Assembly: GCF_009914755.1 (NCBI RefSeq)
Contig: NC_060930.1
Strand: one strand, 5' to 3'
Length of the DNA stretch: 64,000 bases
Source of the DNA: the human T2T-CHM13v2.0 reference genome, Homo sapiens
The notes under the pieces are model-generated. The model had not been told where the DNA came from. It did no database searches and worked only from the letters and a program-made list of their open reading frames with translations. Shown piece after piece: positions 31,390 to 45,770 of this stretch. The position numbers were made by a program, and so were the translations under genes. How positions within the stretch are numbered: position 1 is the first letter of the stretch; each line of letters starts with the position of its first letter.

Positions 31390-33803
31390 TGTATTTGTCT
31401 GTTCTCATGCTGCTAATAAAGACATACTGAAAACTGGGTAATTTAAATAATAAAAAAGAGGTTTAATGGACTCACAGTTCCACATGACTGGGGAGGCCTC
31501 ACAATTGCAGCAGAAGGCAAAAGAGGAGCAAAGGCATGTCTTACATGGTGGCAGGGAAGAGAGCATGTGCAGGGGAACTGCCCTTTATAAAACCATCAGG
31601 TATCATGAGACTTATTCACTATCACAAGAACAGCATAGGAAAAACCTGGCCCCATGATTATATTACCTCCAACCAGATCACTCCCGGGACACGTGGGGAT
31701 TATGGGAGCTACAATTCAAGATGAGATTTGTGTGGGGACACAACCAAACCATATAATTCCATCCCTGACCCCTCCCAGATCTCATGATATCAAATTTCAA
31801 AACATGATCATGGTTTCAACAGTCCCCCAAAGTCTTAACTCATTCCAGCATTAACCAAAAAGTCCAAGTCCAAAGACTCATCTGAGACAAAGCAAACCCC
31901 TTCTGCCTATGCCTGTAAAATCAAAAGCAAGTTAGTTACTTCCTAGATACAATGGGGGTACAGGCATTGGGCAAATACATCCATTCCAAATAGGAGAAAT
32001 TGGCCAAAACAAAGGGCTAGAGGTCTCATGCGAATCTGAAATCCAATAGTGCAGTCATTAAACCTTAAAGTTCCAAAACAATCTCCTTTGACGGCATGTA
32101 TTACATCCAGGTCATGCTGATGCAAGTGGTGGATTCCCATGATCTCAGGCAGCTCTGCCCTTGTGGCTTTGCAAAGTACAGCCCCCTCCAAGCTTCTTTG
32201 ACAGGCTGGCATTCAGTATCTACTCTGCTGCTTTTCCAGGCGCACGGTGGAAGCTGTCAGTGGATCTACCATTCTGGGGTCTGGAGAATGGCAGCCCTCT
32301 TCTCACAGCTCCACTAGGCAGTTCTCCAGTGGGTACTCTGTGTGGAGGCTCCAATCCCACATTTCCCTTCCACACCTCCCTAGCAGAGGTTCTCCATGAT
32401 GGCTCCATCCCTGCAACAGACTTTTGCTTGGACATCCAGACATTTCCACACATTCTCTAAAATCTAGGCAGAGGTTTCCAAACCTCAATACTTTACTTCT
32501 GCACACCCACAGGGCCAACACCACGTGTAAGCTGCCAAGGCTTGGGGCTTTCAGTCTGTGAAGCCACAGCCCAAGCTATAATTTGGCCCCTTTTAGCCAT
32601 GGCTGGGATGAGGGGAACCAAATCCTGAGACTGCACAAAGCACCAAGGCCCCGGGGCCAGCCTATGAAACCATTTTGTCCTCCTAGGCCTCTGGGCCTAT
32701 AATGGGAGGGGCTGCCATGAAGACCACTGGCATGCCCTAGAGACATTTTTCCCATTGTCTTGGTTATAATCATTTGGCTCCTTATTATTTATGCAAATGT
32801 CTACAGCCAGCTTGAATTTCTCCTGAGAAAATGGGTTTTCCTTTTCTATTGTATTGTCAGGCTGCAAATTTTCTGAACTTTTATGCTCTGCTTCCCTTTT
32901 CAACATAAGTTCCAATTCCAAACCATACTTTGTGATGAACAAAACTGAGTGCTTCAAAGAGCACACTAGTTACCTCTTGAATGCATTGCTGCATAGAAAT
33001 TTCCTCTGCCAGATATCCTACATCATCTATCTGAAGTTCAAAGTTCCACAGATCTCTAGGGAAGGAGCAAAATATTGTCAGTCTTTTTGCTGAAACATAG
33101 TATGAGTCACCTTTATTCCAGTTCCTGACAAGTTCCTCATTTCCATCTAAGATCACGGCAGCCTGGACTTCGTTTTCTATATCTCTATCAGCATTTGGGT
33201 CAAAGCCATTCAACAAGTCTCTAAAAAGTTGCAAACTTTCCCACATCTTCTTGTTTTCTGAGGCCTCTAGGAAATTTCAAACAAGTCTCTAGGAAATTTC
33301 AAACTTTCCCACATTTTCCTGTCTTCCTCTGAGCCCTCCAAGCTATTCCAACCTCTTCCTGTTACTCAGTTCCAAAGTTGCTTCCATGTTTTCAGGTATC
33401 TTTACAGCAGTGCCCCACTACCTGGTACCAATTAAATGTATTTGCATGTTCTCATGCTGCTAACAAAGACATATCTGAGACTTGGTAATTTATAAAGAAA
33501 AAGAGGTTTAATGGACTCACAGTTCCACATGGCTGGAGAGGCCTCACAATCACGGTGGAAGGCAAAGAGGGAGCAAAGGCATGTCTTACATGGCAGCAGG
33601 CAAGAAAGCATGTGCAGGGGAACTGCCCTTTATAAAGCCATCAGATTTTGTGAGGCTTATTCGCTATTACAAGAACAGCAGAGGAAATCCCTCCAACCCC
33701 ATGATTCAATTACCTCCCACCAGGTCCCTTCCAGGACACATGGGGATTATGGGAGCTACAATTCAAGATGAGATTTGGGTGGGGTCAAAGCCAAACCATA
33801 TCA
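31390..33803 (-). mobile_element. Complete THE1 (THE1B/C-like) MaLR provirus: LTR-int-LTR
   Basis: Two ~367-bp direct-repeat LTRs (31390-31756, 33437-33803); ~1.7 kb internal region with typical MaLR ORF remnants (MWESLQL.RDLLNGFD.NAD); perfect 5-bp TSD GCTAC at 31385-31389 and 33804-33808. Confidence 0.97.
33702..33712 (-). promoter_or_regulatory. DUX4-type motif TAATTGAATCA in the THE1 5' LTR
   Basis: Plus strand tgattcaatta; the equivalent site in the other LTR reads tgattatatta. Motif is seen; binding is inferred. Confidence 0.55.
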
Positions 33804-33835
33804 GCTACCTATTCAACAGAAACTATTCTAGATCA

Positions 33836-33960
33836 AAAGTTGTCAAACTATGGCTTATGAGTCAAATCTAGCTCATTGCTCTTGTCTATAAGTAAAGATT
33901 TATTGTAACACAGCCTTCCTCACTCATTTACATATTATTTATTAATTTACATATTGTCAT
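33836..33960 (+). mobile_element. MER58A fragment
   Basis: gttgtcaaactatggcttatgagtcaaatctagc...taaagatttattgtaacacagcc...ctcatttacatatt. Confidence 0.75.
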
Positions 33961-36826
33961 CACTGAACTTTACATGTGAGCAGGAAATAAATATCATTCA
34001 GGTTCATTCTATTTATTTTATAGATGAGGAATATGAGGTTTAAGTAATTACATGGCTAGTCCAGGATCACACATGTAGTGAATTAAAGAATAAGAAACCA
34101 CACCAATTCACAGCTTCTTTTAAACCTTCTGTTTACATCTGCTCCTCTCATTTTCTAATGCTAGCAGAGATAGGCAGAAATATTATTTTCTTGAGCTAAT
34201 GGTCTGGGTTGATGATGACATGTGTCACCTGTTGGTGAAGTAGAGCAAAACTCTACCTGTCTCTTCTTCAGTTATTGTGACCAGGGAGACCAAAGAATAA
34301 ACAAACAATTACAAATTAGTTTTTATAAAGATACTGAGAAATAAACTAACACAAAATACTTTGTATAAAACCACTGAGATTTGAGGAAGTTTCCTACATC
34401 AAACTTTGTCTATTGTAACCAATACTCTGTCTCTCAAAAACAATAAATTCTGGATTCATAAATGTTTTCAAATATAAAGCTAATTCAAATATTGTAAATA
34501 AACTGGTTGGCTTATCACAGAATATACTTTAATACATTATTCTGTATAAGGCATGACCTCTAATGTTATTATATACATTTTAATATAGATCATATTATTG
34601 TGCATTTACACTAGGTATCTTCTGATGGTATGTGTTTCAGGTTGGAGGGAATTTACATAAAATATGTTAAAAGTGCCTTAAAAATAAAACTCTACAAATG
34701 AAATAAAAGTCAAGTTTATAATGTGAATCATATTCTATATTGGCAACATCTTGTTTAAAGTTTCATTTCCTTTGAAGAAAAATTATGAAACACAATGCTT
34801 GTGAACATTCTACAACAAAATTATATATTATGAAGCCTTGCAGTTTAATCCATTTTTGAACTACCCATGCATTTTTTGTCTTGTATTTTTTTTTACTTTT
34901 ATACTATTTTGTTTTAATTATTTGGATTTTATCAATTTACAATGTATAAAATGACTTTTATTTATGTACTGCCTAATCTATATATTTTATAACATTTTTA
35001 CTACTTTTAAATTAAATTAATTAATGACTTTAGGCTACAGAAAGATTATTTTAGGTAAGAGCTCATAAGCCTCCTTGTAATTATTTTTATTAAAAACTTT
35101 ACTGTTAGTTTTATCTTTCTTTATAAATAGGCACAAAGACTGGCATACAAACAAATAAATAGTTGATTGTATAGATACTGAAGTAATCCTTAGTTTTAGC
35201 AAATACTACTTCATTTTCACTTTGTATTATTTTAATTTACTGTTAAAATTGAATGTCTAGGCTATTTACCAATATATATTTCATTTTGGTTGTCATTTGT
35301 TTATTTTTATTTTTCTCAAGTTAGGCTCATTTTCTAATGGTCATTGCATGTATCCATTGCAATAAATGTATGCCTAATTTACTTATCTCTATTTACTATA
35401 TAAATAATTTTGCTTAAATATCTATAACATTTGTAAATATTTAAGTAATTTTATTGAATTCTCATGGATTATTATTTTTATTTTTCAGTCATTGGGAAAT
35501 AGAAATTTTAATTTGATAAATCGAAATTTTTATTAACAGATCTATATTAGATCATAAAGTATAATTAAGAGCCTTTATCTTTTCTCAATCTGATCATCCT
35601 TTGCCCATAACCAAAAGTGATCATACGTCAAAATTTTGTTTGGGATAGGCTTAGTTTACAACTTTTTTTCTGTCATTTTGATTACTAACACTCCCTTTTT
35701 ACTGTCAAATATTGGAACTTAGTCAATAAATTCTGTGGTCACTCTACCTATAATTACTCTGCTAATCTTTTTCTTCTGCACACAACGTACAATAGAACAA
35801 ATGATAAGACAATATTCTGCCCCTGATATCCTATCTTTAAAAAAGAACATGAGAAGAAATAGGCATCAGAATGGGCATATTAGGAATCACTATCCCCAGA
35901 ATATCTACAGCTAAGGAAATGTCCTAGAATAAAAGTGATTTTAAATGTTATCTCCAGTTTTTCACTGATAGACTTTTTCGCATATTCTCATAATCTTATC
36001 CCTTTCCACCCAGTGCGAACATAGAAGTCCATGATGAAAGAGAAGCCTCTGAAAGGTGTTGCAACTGTCATCATTAACAGTAAAGACTGCTATTTTCTGT
36101 TGTTTACTTTAAAATATTTCAACATAAACAGATTCATCAGTGTGTGTAAATGAATCGGAATCTGTAGCCTAGAAGCAGATAAATAACATCTAATTTATCA
36201 CAATTAACAGTCCATAATCTAGGCATGTCAGCTTGTATTTTAATGACTGTAATTAAAAATCCACCATCCAAAGGAGAATTCTACAGTCTTCAATTGTCAC
36301 TGTCTAAAGATACACCATAAACTTTGTTAATAATAATAAAAGATGAAAAAAATTATGAAATGTATGGCGATATATGTGAGTTATTTAGATATATTGAATA
36401 GACATCTCCAACTTTGCCTGAGTGTTACATCAAAATCAGATGAACCAATGAGTTATTTTCTTTCACATAATTATTTAGGCTGACTCAGTCAATTCCTGTG
36501 TCCTATTTTTTTTCTTAGGGATTTCATTTCATGGCATCTGATTCTGAAATTAAACTAATACTCCACCTGCCTAGAATATACTTTGCATGCATTGAGCTTA
36601 CAGTAAGAGTTTTTATAACTATTATTCTGTTTGTGAATAAATATTATATAAGTAATAATTATATATTGATATATAATAAACATTATATATAAAATAAATA
36701 AATATTTATTTAGTTATTTTAATTAAAATGTCTAATATATACTAGATAAAAATAAATAAATATTTATTTAGTTACTTTAATTAAAACATAAGTCCCGGTA
36801 ACAAAGTTGTTGGTGAAAACATCCCT

Positions 36827-37745
36827 ATTCTGAATTCTATTTCTGTCATTTCAGCCAGCTCAGCCTGGCTCAGAACTCTTGATGGAGAACTGATGCAGTC
36901 ATTTGGAGGATGTACAACACTCTGGCCATTTAAGTTACTGGAGTTCTTGAATTGAGTCACATCTCTGCATGTGGGTGTTTCTTTAGCTGCAGTGCAGGCG
37001 GAGTACAGTCAATAGACTACTGAATGTTTTCACAGGGCTGATGCATTGTGCAGGGTCTTTATTTGAAGCTAACTTCTTGTTTTTGGTTTCAGAGGGGGGT
37101 ATGTTAGTGAGGTTTTTTTGGTGTTGAAGCTTTGGGGTGTGATCCAGTAATTTGCCCTTGGGCATATTCGTCAGTTGGTAGACTCTTGCTCAGTTGTGTG
37201 GCTCCCCTATGCTTTTCCACAGTTGCAGCAATGTTTCCTCTCAATGTCCTTAAAGTGTGGGTGTTTCTCCCCTTTGGGTGTTGGCTATAGATTGTGACTC
37301 CTGGGCTGCCCACTGGAGCTCTGGGGTGATCTCCCAGTTTATGTCTCTTTCTGAACACGGGGACGGCAGAAGAAGGAAATCCAGTAATAATTGTAGCCAA
37401 GGGTTTTTGCTTGTCTCCTGGGAGCTCCACCCCAGAGACATGCACATCATCAATTTCTCAGTGCAATCATCTTAGGATGGAGGGTCTGCACTGTGGGCCC
37501 AAGACAAGGGTTCCCTATCTGGTGACGAATGGGTGGGTGGTGGGACATATGGGAGATGGACTGGTCTCCTCTCCTTGGGTCGACTGCCGTTTTTTTGGAG
37601 GTGTGGATAAGGCTCTTAGCGTCTTTGCTCCTTTGTTAGTCCAGGGGTAGCAAGGGCAGATCTGCTGCAGAGACAGTGGCAGAGAGGGTTTCAGTTGTCC
37701 CTCAGAGCTCTGTCCAGCAAGTTGCAAAGCTGCTACTGGCTCAAA
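36827..37745 (-). mobile_element. L1P (L1PA13-16/L1PREC2-like) 5' UTR fragment
   Basis: ttctgaattctatttctgtcatttcagccagctcagcctggctcagaac...ggagaactgatgcagtcatttggagg; GC-richer than flanks. Confidence 0.7.
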
Positions 37746-37759
37746 TGACCAAATGACTT

Positions 37760-39900
<2,141 letters not shown>

Positions 39901-42900
39901 TTTTTCTCTTGCTATAATTTTATTATGTCTCATTTTACTAATCTAAAGTGGATCTCTAGCTATCTTTATTATTTGAATTACCATACATTTTTGAACCTTT
40001 GCATTGCCCTTACACAATGTAGTTTGTTGTATAGCTAGATATGCATCCAGAGAATAGATTGAAAGCTCTATAGTAATACTGATAGTTTCTAATTAATTAC
40101 ATTCTTACACATAACCTTGGTATAGTAAAGCTACAAGTAGTATTGAAGGTGGATTTAGAATTTATACCCTTATGTATGTTAGCAATTAATATAAATTTAT
40201 AACATAAGATAAATATAAGCTTTAGAGAATCTGACAAAAATGATATTTATAAAATGTATATCATTGGGATACCCAAATTTCCCTACTGTCTAATCTGATC
40301 TATTTCCTCATCAAGACAAAATCAAAATAACTGGTGAATTATACTACTAAAATTTTAAAAAATATTTTCACGTATTAAATTTTTATTTTTAATTTATGTG
40401 AAAACATAGTAGGTGTATATATTTATGGTGTACATGAGATGGTTTCACACAAGTGTGCAATACATAATCATCACATCATGGAAAGTGGGATATTTATCCC
40501 CTCAGGCATTTATCTTTTGTATTACAAACAATCCAATTACACTCTCTAAATTATTTCAAAATGTACAATTAAGTTATTATTGACTATAGTCACCCTGTTG
40601 TGCTATCAAACACTAGGTCTTATTCACCCTTTCTACCTATCTATATAGTACCTATTAAACATCCCCACATCCCCACACCCACACTACCCTTGCCAGCTTG
40701 TGGTCGCCATCCTTCTACTCACTATCACCATAAGTTCAGTTATTTTGATTTGTAAATCCTACAAATAAGTGAGAGCATGTGAGGCTTGCCTTTCTGTGCC
40801 AGGCTTATTTCTCTTAACATAATAATCTTCAATTACATCAACATTGTTGAAAATGACAGCATCTCGTTATTTTGTGGCTGATAGTACTTCAGTATCTATA
40901 TGTATCATATTTTCTTTACCCATTCATCTGTTGAGGGACACGTAGCTTGCTTCTAAATCTTGCGTATTATGAATGATGCTGACACAAACGTGGGAGTGCA
41001 GATATCTCTTTGATATACTGATTTATTTTGTTTTGGATATATATTCAGGGATGAGATTGCTGGACCATGTTATAGCTATATTTTTAGTTGTTTGAGGTAT
41101 CTCCAAACTGTTCTCCACAGTGGTCGTATTAATTTACATTCCCACCAATATCGTACAAGGATTCTCTTTTCACCACATCCTCACCAACATCTGTTTTTGC
41201 CTGTCTTTTGGATATAAGCCATTTTAAACGAGGTAAGATGATATCTCATTATAGTTTTTATTTAAATTTCTCTGATGATCAATGATGTTGAGCACCTTTT
41301 CATATGCCTGTTTTCCCTTTGTATGTCTTCTTATGAGAAATGTGTATTCAAATCTTTTGCCCATTTTTGATCAGAATATTAGATTTTTTTCAATAGAATT
41401 GTTTGCACTCCTTATGTGTTATAGTTATTAATCTCTCATCAGATGGGTAGTTTGCAAATATTTTCTCCGATTCTTTGGGTTGCCTCTTCTCTTTGTTGAA
41501 TGTTTGCTTTGTTGTGCAGAATCTTTCTTGCTTAATGTGATCCCATTTGTCCATGTTTGCTTTGGTTGCCTGTGCTCGTGGGGTATTACTCAGGAAATCT
41601 TTGCCCAGGCCAATGTCCTGGAGAGTTTCCCCGGTGTTTTCTTGTAGTAGTTTCGTAGCTCAAGGTCTAGTATTTAAGTGTTTAATCCGTTTTGGTCTGT
41701 CTTTTGTAAATGGCAGGAGACAGTGGTCTAGTTTCATTTTTCTACACATGGATGTTCAGTTTTCCCAGCATCATTTATTAAAAGTACTTATTCCCCAGTG
41801 TGTGATCTTGGCATCTTTGTCAAAAATGACTACCCTGTCAGTGTGTGGATGTGTTTCTGTGTTCTCTATTCTATTTCATTGGTCTATGTGTTTGTTTTTA
41901 TGTCAGGACCACGCTGTTTTGATTACATTATCCTTATAGTATAATTTGAAGTCGGGTAATGTGATTCCTCTGGTTTTGTTCTTTTTGCTTAGAATAGCTG
42001 TGGCCATTCTGGATCTTTTGTAGTTTCATATAAATTTTAGAGTTGCTTTTTCTATTTCTGCAAAGACGTCATCGGTACTTTGATATGGATTGCATTGACT
42101 CTGTAGATTGCTTTAGGTAGTATGGACATTTTAACAGTACTGATGCTTTTAATTCATTAACATGAGATTTGTCTTTATTTTTATTTTTGTTCCTCTTCCA
42201 TTTGTTTTATCAGTGTTTTATAGTTTTCATTATAGAGGTTTTTCACTTATTTGGTCAATTTAATTCCTAGGTATTTAATTTCATGTTTAGGCATTATAAG
42301 AGGGACATTTTAAAATTTCTTTTTCACATTGTTCACTGTTGGCATGTAGAAATGCTACTAATTTCGTATGTTGATGCTGTATTCTGCAACTTTACTGAAT
42401 TTGTTTTCAGTTATTATAGTTTATTGGTACAGTTTTTAGGTTTTTCAAAATATAAGAATATATCATCTGCAAACAAAGGTAATTTGACTTCTTCTTTTCC
42501 AATTTGAATGGCTTCCATTTCTTTCTCTTGTCTGATTGTCCTAGTTAAAATTTCCAACATAGTGTTGTATAACAGTGGTGACGGTGTGTATCCTTATCAT
42601 ATAGTAGATCTTACAGGAAAGGCTTTCAGTTTTTCCTCATTCTGTGTGGTACTAGCTGTGGTTCTGAAAAATAGGACTTTTGTTATGTTGATATGTGTTC
42701 TTTCTATACCCAGGCTTCTGAGGGTTTTTATCATATAGTGATGTTGAATTTTTATCAAATTCTTTTTCAGAATCAATTGAAATTATCAGAGGGTTTTTGT
42801 CCATCATTCTGTTTGTATGGGGTTTATCACATTGACTGGTTGTGTATGTTTATCATCCTTGTATCCCAGGGATAAATCTCACCTGGTCATGAGGAATGAT

Positions 42901-43799
42901 TTTTTCAATATATTGTTGAATTTAGTTTGCTAGTGTTTTGTTGAGAATTTTTGCATGAATAACTATCAGTGATTTTGCCCTGCAGTTTTCTGTTTGTTTG
43001 CTTGTTTGTTGATGTATCTTTGTCTGGTTTTTTTATCAGAGCAGTACTGGCCACATAGAATGAATTTGGAAAGATTTTCTTCACCTCTGTTTTTCAGAAT
43101 GGTTTGAATATGATTGATACTAGCTCTTCTTTATATGCTTAGTATAAATTAGCAGGGAAGCCATCAGATACTGGGCTTCTCTTTACTAGGATACTTTTTA
43201 TTATGGCTCTGATTTTGTTACTCATTATTGGTCTGTGCAGGTTTTGTATTTTATCATGGTTCAATCTGGGTAGGTTGTATGTACCCAGGAATTTGTCCGT
43301 TTCTTCTAGATTATCTAATTTATTGGCATATGGTTGTTCATAGTAGCCATGAATAATCCTTTGAATTTCTGTAGTATCAGTTGCAATGTCTCCTTTTTTA
43401 TTTCTGATTTCATTTATTCAGATCTTTGTTTTTTTCTTAATCTGGCTAAAGTTTTGCCAGTTTTGTTTTATTTCAAAAAACCATTTTTTGTCTCATTGAT
43501 CTTTGTATTCTTTATTTCAGTTTCATTTATTTCTGCTTTGATATTTATTATTACTTTCCTTGTACCAATTTTGGGTTTGTTTTGCTCTTGCTTTTTTAGT
43601 TCTTTAAAGTACATTGTTAGATTGTTTATTTGAGGTTTTTTTTTATGTAGGCACTTTATTTATTTCCATCTGAGTACAGCTTTTTCTGTATCCCATAGGT
43701 TTTGATATGTTGTGTTTCCATTTTCATTTGTTTTAATAAACTTTTTATTTATTTTTTCTTCATTGACCCATTGGTCATTCAAGAGTATGTCGTTTAATT

Positions 43800-44117
43800 T
43801 TCTTTTTTTTTTTTTTTTTTTTTTTTTTTTGAGACGGAGTCTCACTCTGTTTCCCAGGATGGAGTGCAATAGTGCGATCTCGGCTCAATGAAAGTTCCGC
43901 CTCCTGGGTTCACGCCATTCTTATGCTTCAGCCTCCCCAGTAGCTGGGACTACAAGCACCTGCCACCACGCCCGGCTAATTTTTTTTTTTTGTATTTTTA
44001 GTAGTGATGGGGTTTCACCGTGTTAGCCAGGATGGTCTCCATCTCCTGACCTCGTGATCCGCCCACCTTGGCCTCCCAAAGTGCTGGGATTACAGGCGTG
44101 AGCCACTGCGCCCGGCC
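43800..44117 (-). mobile_element. AluY inside L1MA ORF2
   Basis: Y diagnostics; TSD ttaattttc on both sides. Confidence 0.95.
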
Positions 44118-45335
44118 TTAATTTTCATGTATTTGTATGACTTCCAAAATTCCTCTTGTTATTAATTTGTAGTTTTATTTCATTGTGGTCAAAGAAGATG
44201 CTTGGTATTATTTCAATTTTTGTAAATGTTTTAAGACTTATTTTGTGACCTAACGTATGGCCTATCCTTGAGGATAATCCTTGTGAAGAGAAGATTGTGT
44301 ATTCTGTAGCTGTTGGATAAAAAGGTTCTGTAAATATCTATTAGATCTGTATTAGGGTTTTACAGAGAGACAGAACAAATAGGATACATGTATATACATA
44401 AGGGAGTTTATTAGGGAGAATTAGCTTACTAAATTACAAGGCAAAGTCTCACTACAGGCCATCTGCAAGCTGGGAAACAAGAGAGGACAGTAATGGCTCA
44501 GTTCAAGTCCAAAAGCCTTAAAACTAAGAAAGCTAACAGTGCAGCCTTCAGGCTGTGGCCGAAGGCTCAAAAGCCCTGGGGAAGCCACAGGTGCAAGTCC
44601 TGGAGTCCAAAGTCCAGAGAACCTGAAGTCTGATGTCCAAGGGAAGAAGGAGCAGAAGCAACCATTCACCACGAAAAGAAGAAAAAAATTCAGAAGATCC
44701 AGCAAGCAAAGTTATTCTACCTTTTTCAGCCTGCCTTGTTTTATCTGCACCAAATTGTGCAAATTGTGCCCAACTACATTGAAGATGTATCTTCCTCTCC
44801 CAGGACACCAACTCAAATATCAATCTCCTCTGGCAACACACTCACAGGCACACCCAGAAACAATGCTTTACCAGCCATCTAAACAACCCTCAATCCAATC
44901 AAGTTGACAGCTAATATTAACCATCACAAGTCCACCCCTTGTCAACTTGGCATCCATACAGATCTCCTTAAATCATACTTACTCTTCAAATGAAAATAAT
45001 AATAAGGTCATATTTGTGCCTAACATAATACAACTATCCTTTATGTAATTAAAAATGCACCAATTCTTAACTTGAATGCTGTTACATAAAATTACCAACA
45101 TTTAAATGCCGATATGAAGTCAGTAAGTCTTATGTTACATGATAAAGAAATACAAAAAGAAATAAAATAAAAATATTTTCTTAGTTGAGGTATATATATG
45201 CACAAACATATTCTTAACAAAATAAGGAGGAAATACTGATGACAATTATAGTCCCCATTTCTGTAACTGGTCACATGGTCACAGCGGATACTGATAACTA
45301 CCTTCTTCTGTTTCTCATTTTTTATTTCCTTTGCC

Positions 45336-45758
45336 TTAAGCAAGCACTTTGGCTGGTCGTGGCTTTTTATCTGGTGGAGTAACCCAGACTTTCATTCCTG
45401 GGGGCTCTGAGTCATTTGTAGTCCTGACTGGATTGGGTTGTCGTAGTTTCCCGTTGACCTGAATCACAGGGTATGGTAATACTAACAGATACCCTAAGGG
45501 TTCTCTTGTATTCCAGACATTCTCTTCCTTACCTCCATTGCAGAGTGGTAGTCTGATTTCTTCTTGATAGTTTGGGTCAATCACCCCAGCTAACACTGTA
45601 ACTCCCTTAATAACCTGTTGACTTAAAGACAAGAGGAGCCCAAAGTGGTCACAGGGCAGTCTTAACTTACAGTTCAATGAAATCATTGTTGTGTCTCTCC
45701 TGGAACTAAGACCTCTAGGCCAGCAGAACACAATGTTGCAGGAAGAGGAAGCAAACAT
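45336..45758 (-). pseudogene. ERV-L dUTPase remnant downstream of integrase
   Basis: KLRLPCDHFGLLLSLSQQVIKGVTVLAGVIDPNYQEEIRL matches dUTPase motif III (GVID.DY.GEI); this position is characteristic of ERV-L; no env follows. Confidence 0.88.
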
Positions 45759-45770
45759 TTTGCTAGCAGA

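Noticed and set aside
33208-33345. Short tandem duplication in the THE1 internal region
   Set aside because: Repeats of caagtctctaggaagttccaaactttcccacat are, as I recall, common in THE1-int; low information
31466-33871. Paired similar ORFs (MDSQFHM..., MSYM.AGK.ACAGELPFIKPS) suggesting a gene duplication
   Set aside because: They are the two LTRs of one THE1 provirus
44891-44901. caatccaatca DUX-like motif in the MLT2B 3' LTR
   Set aside because: Imperfect match, and the promoter-side LTR copy is mutated (caatcctatca); too weak to call
45336-45758. 140-aa dUTPase-like ORF as a domesticated gene
   Set aside because: No true ATG start, the N-terminal part is out of frame, and motif III is degraded (DPNYQEEI versus D.DY.GEI); ordinary ERV-L decay
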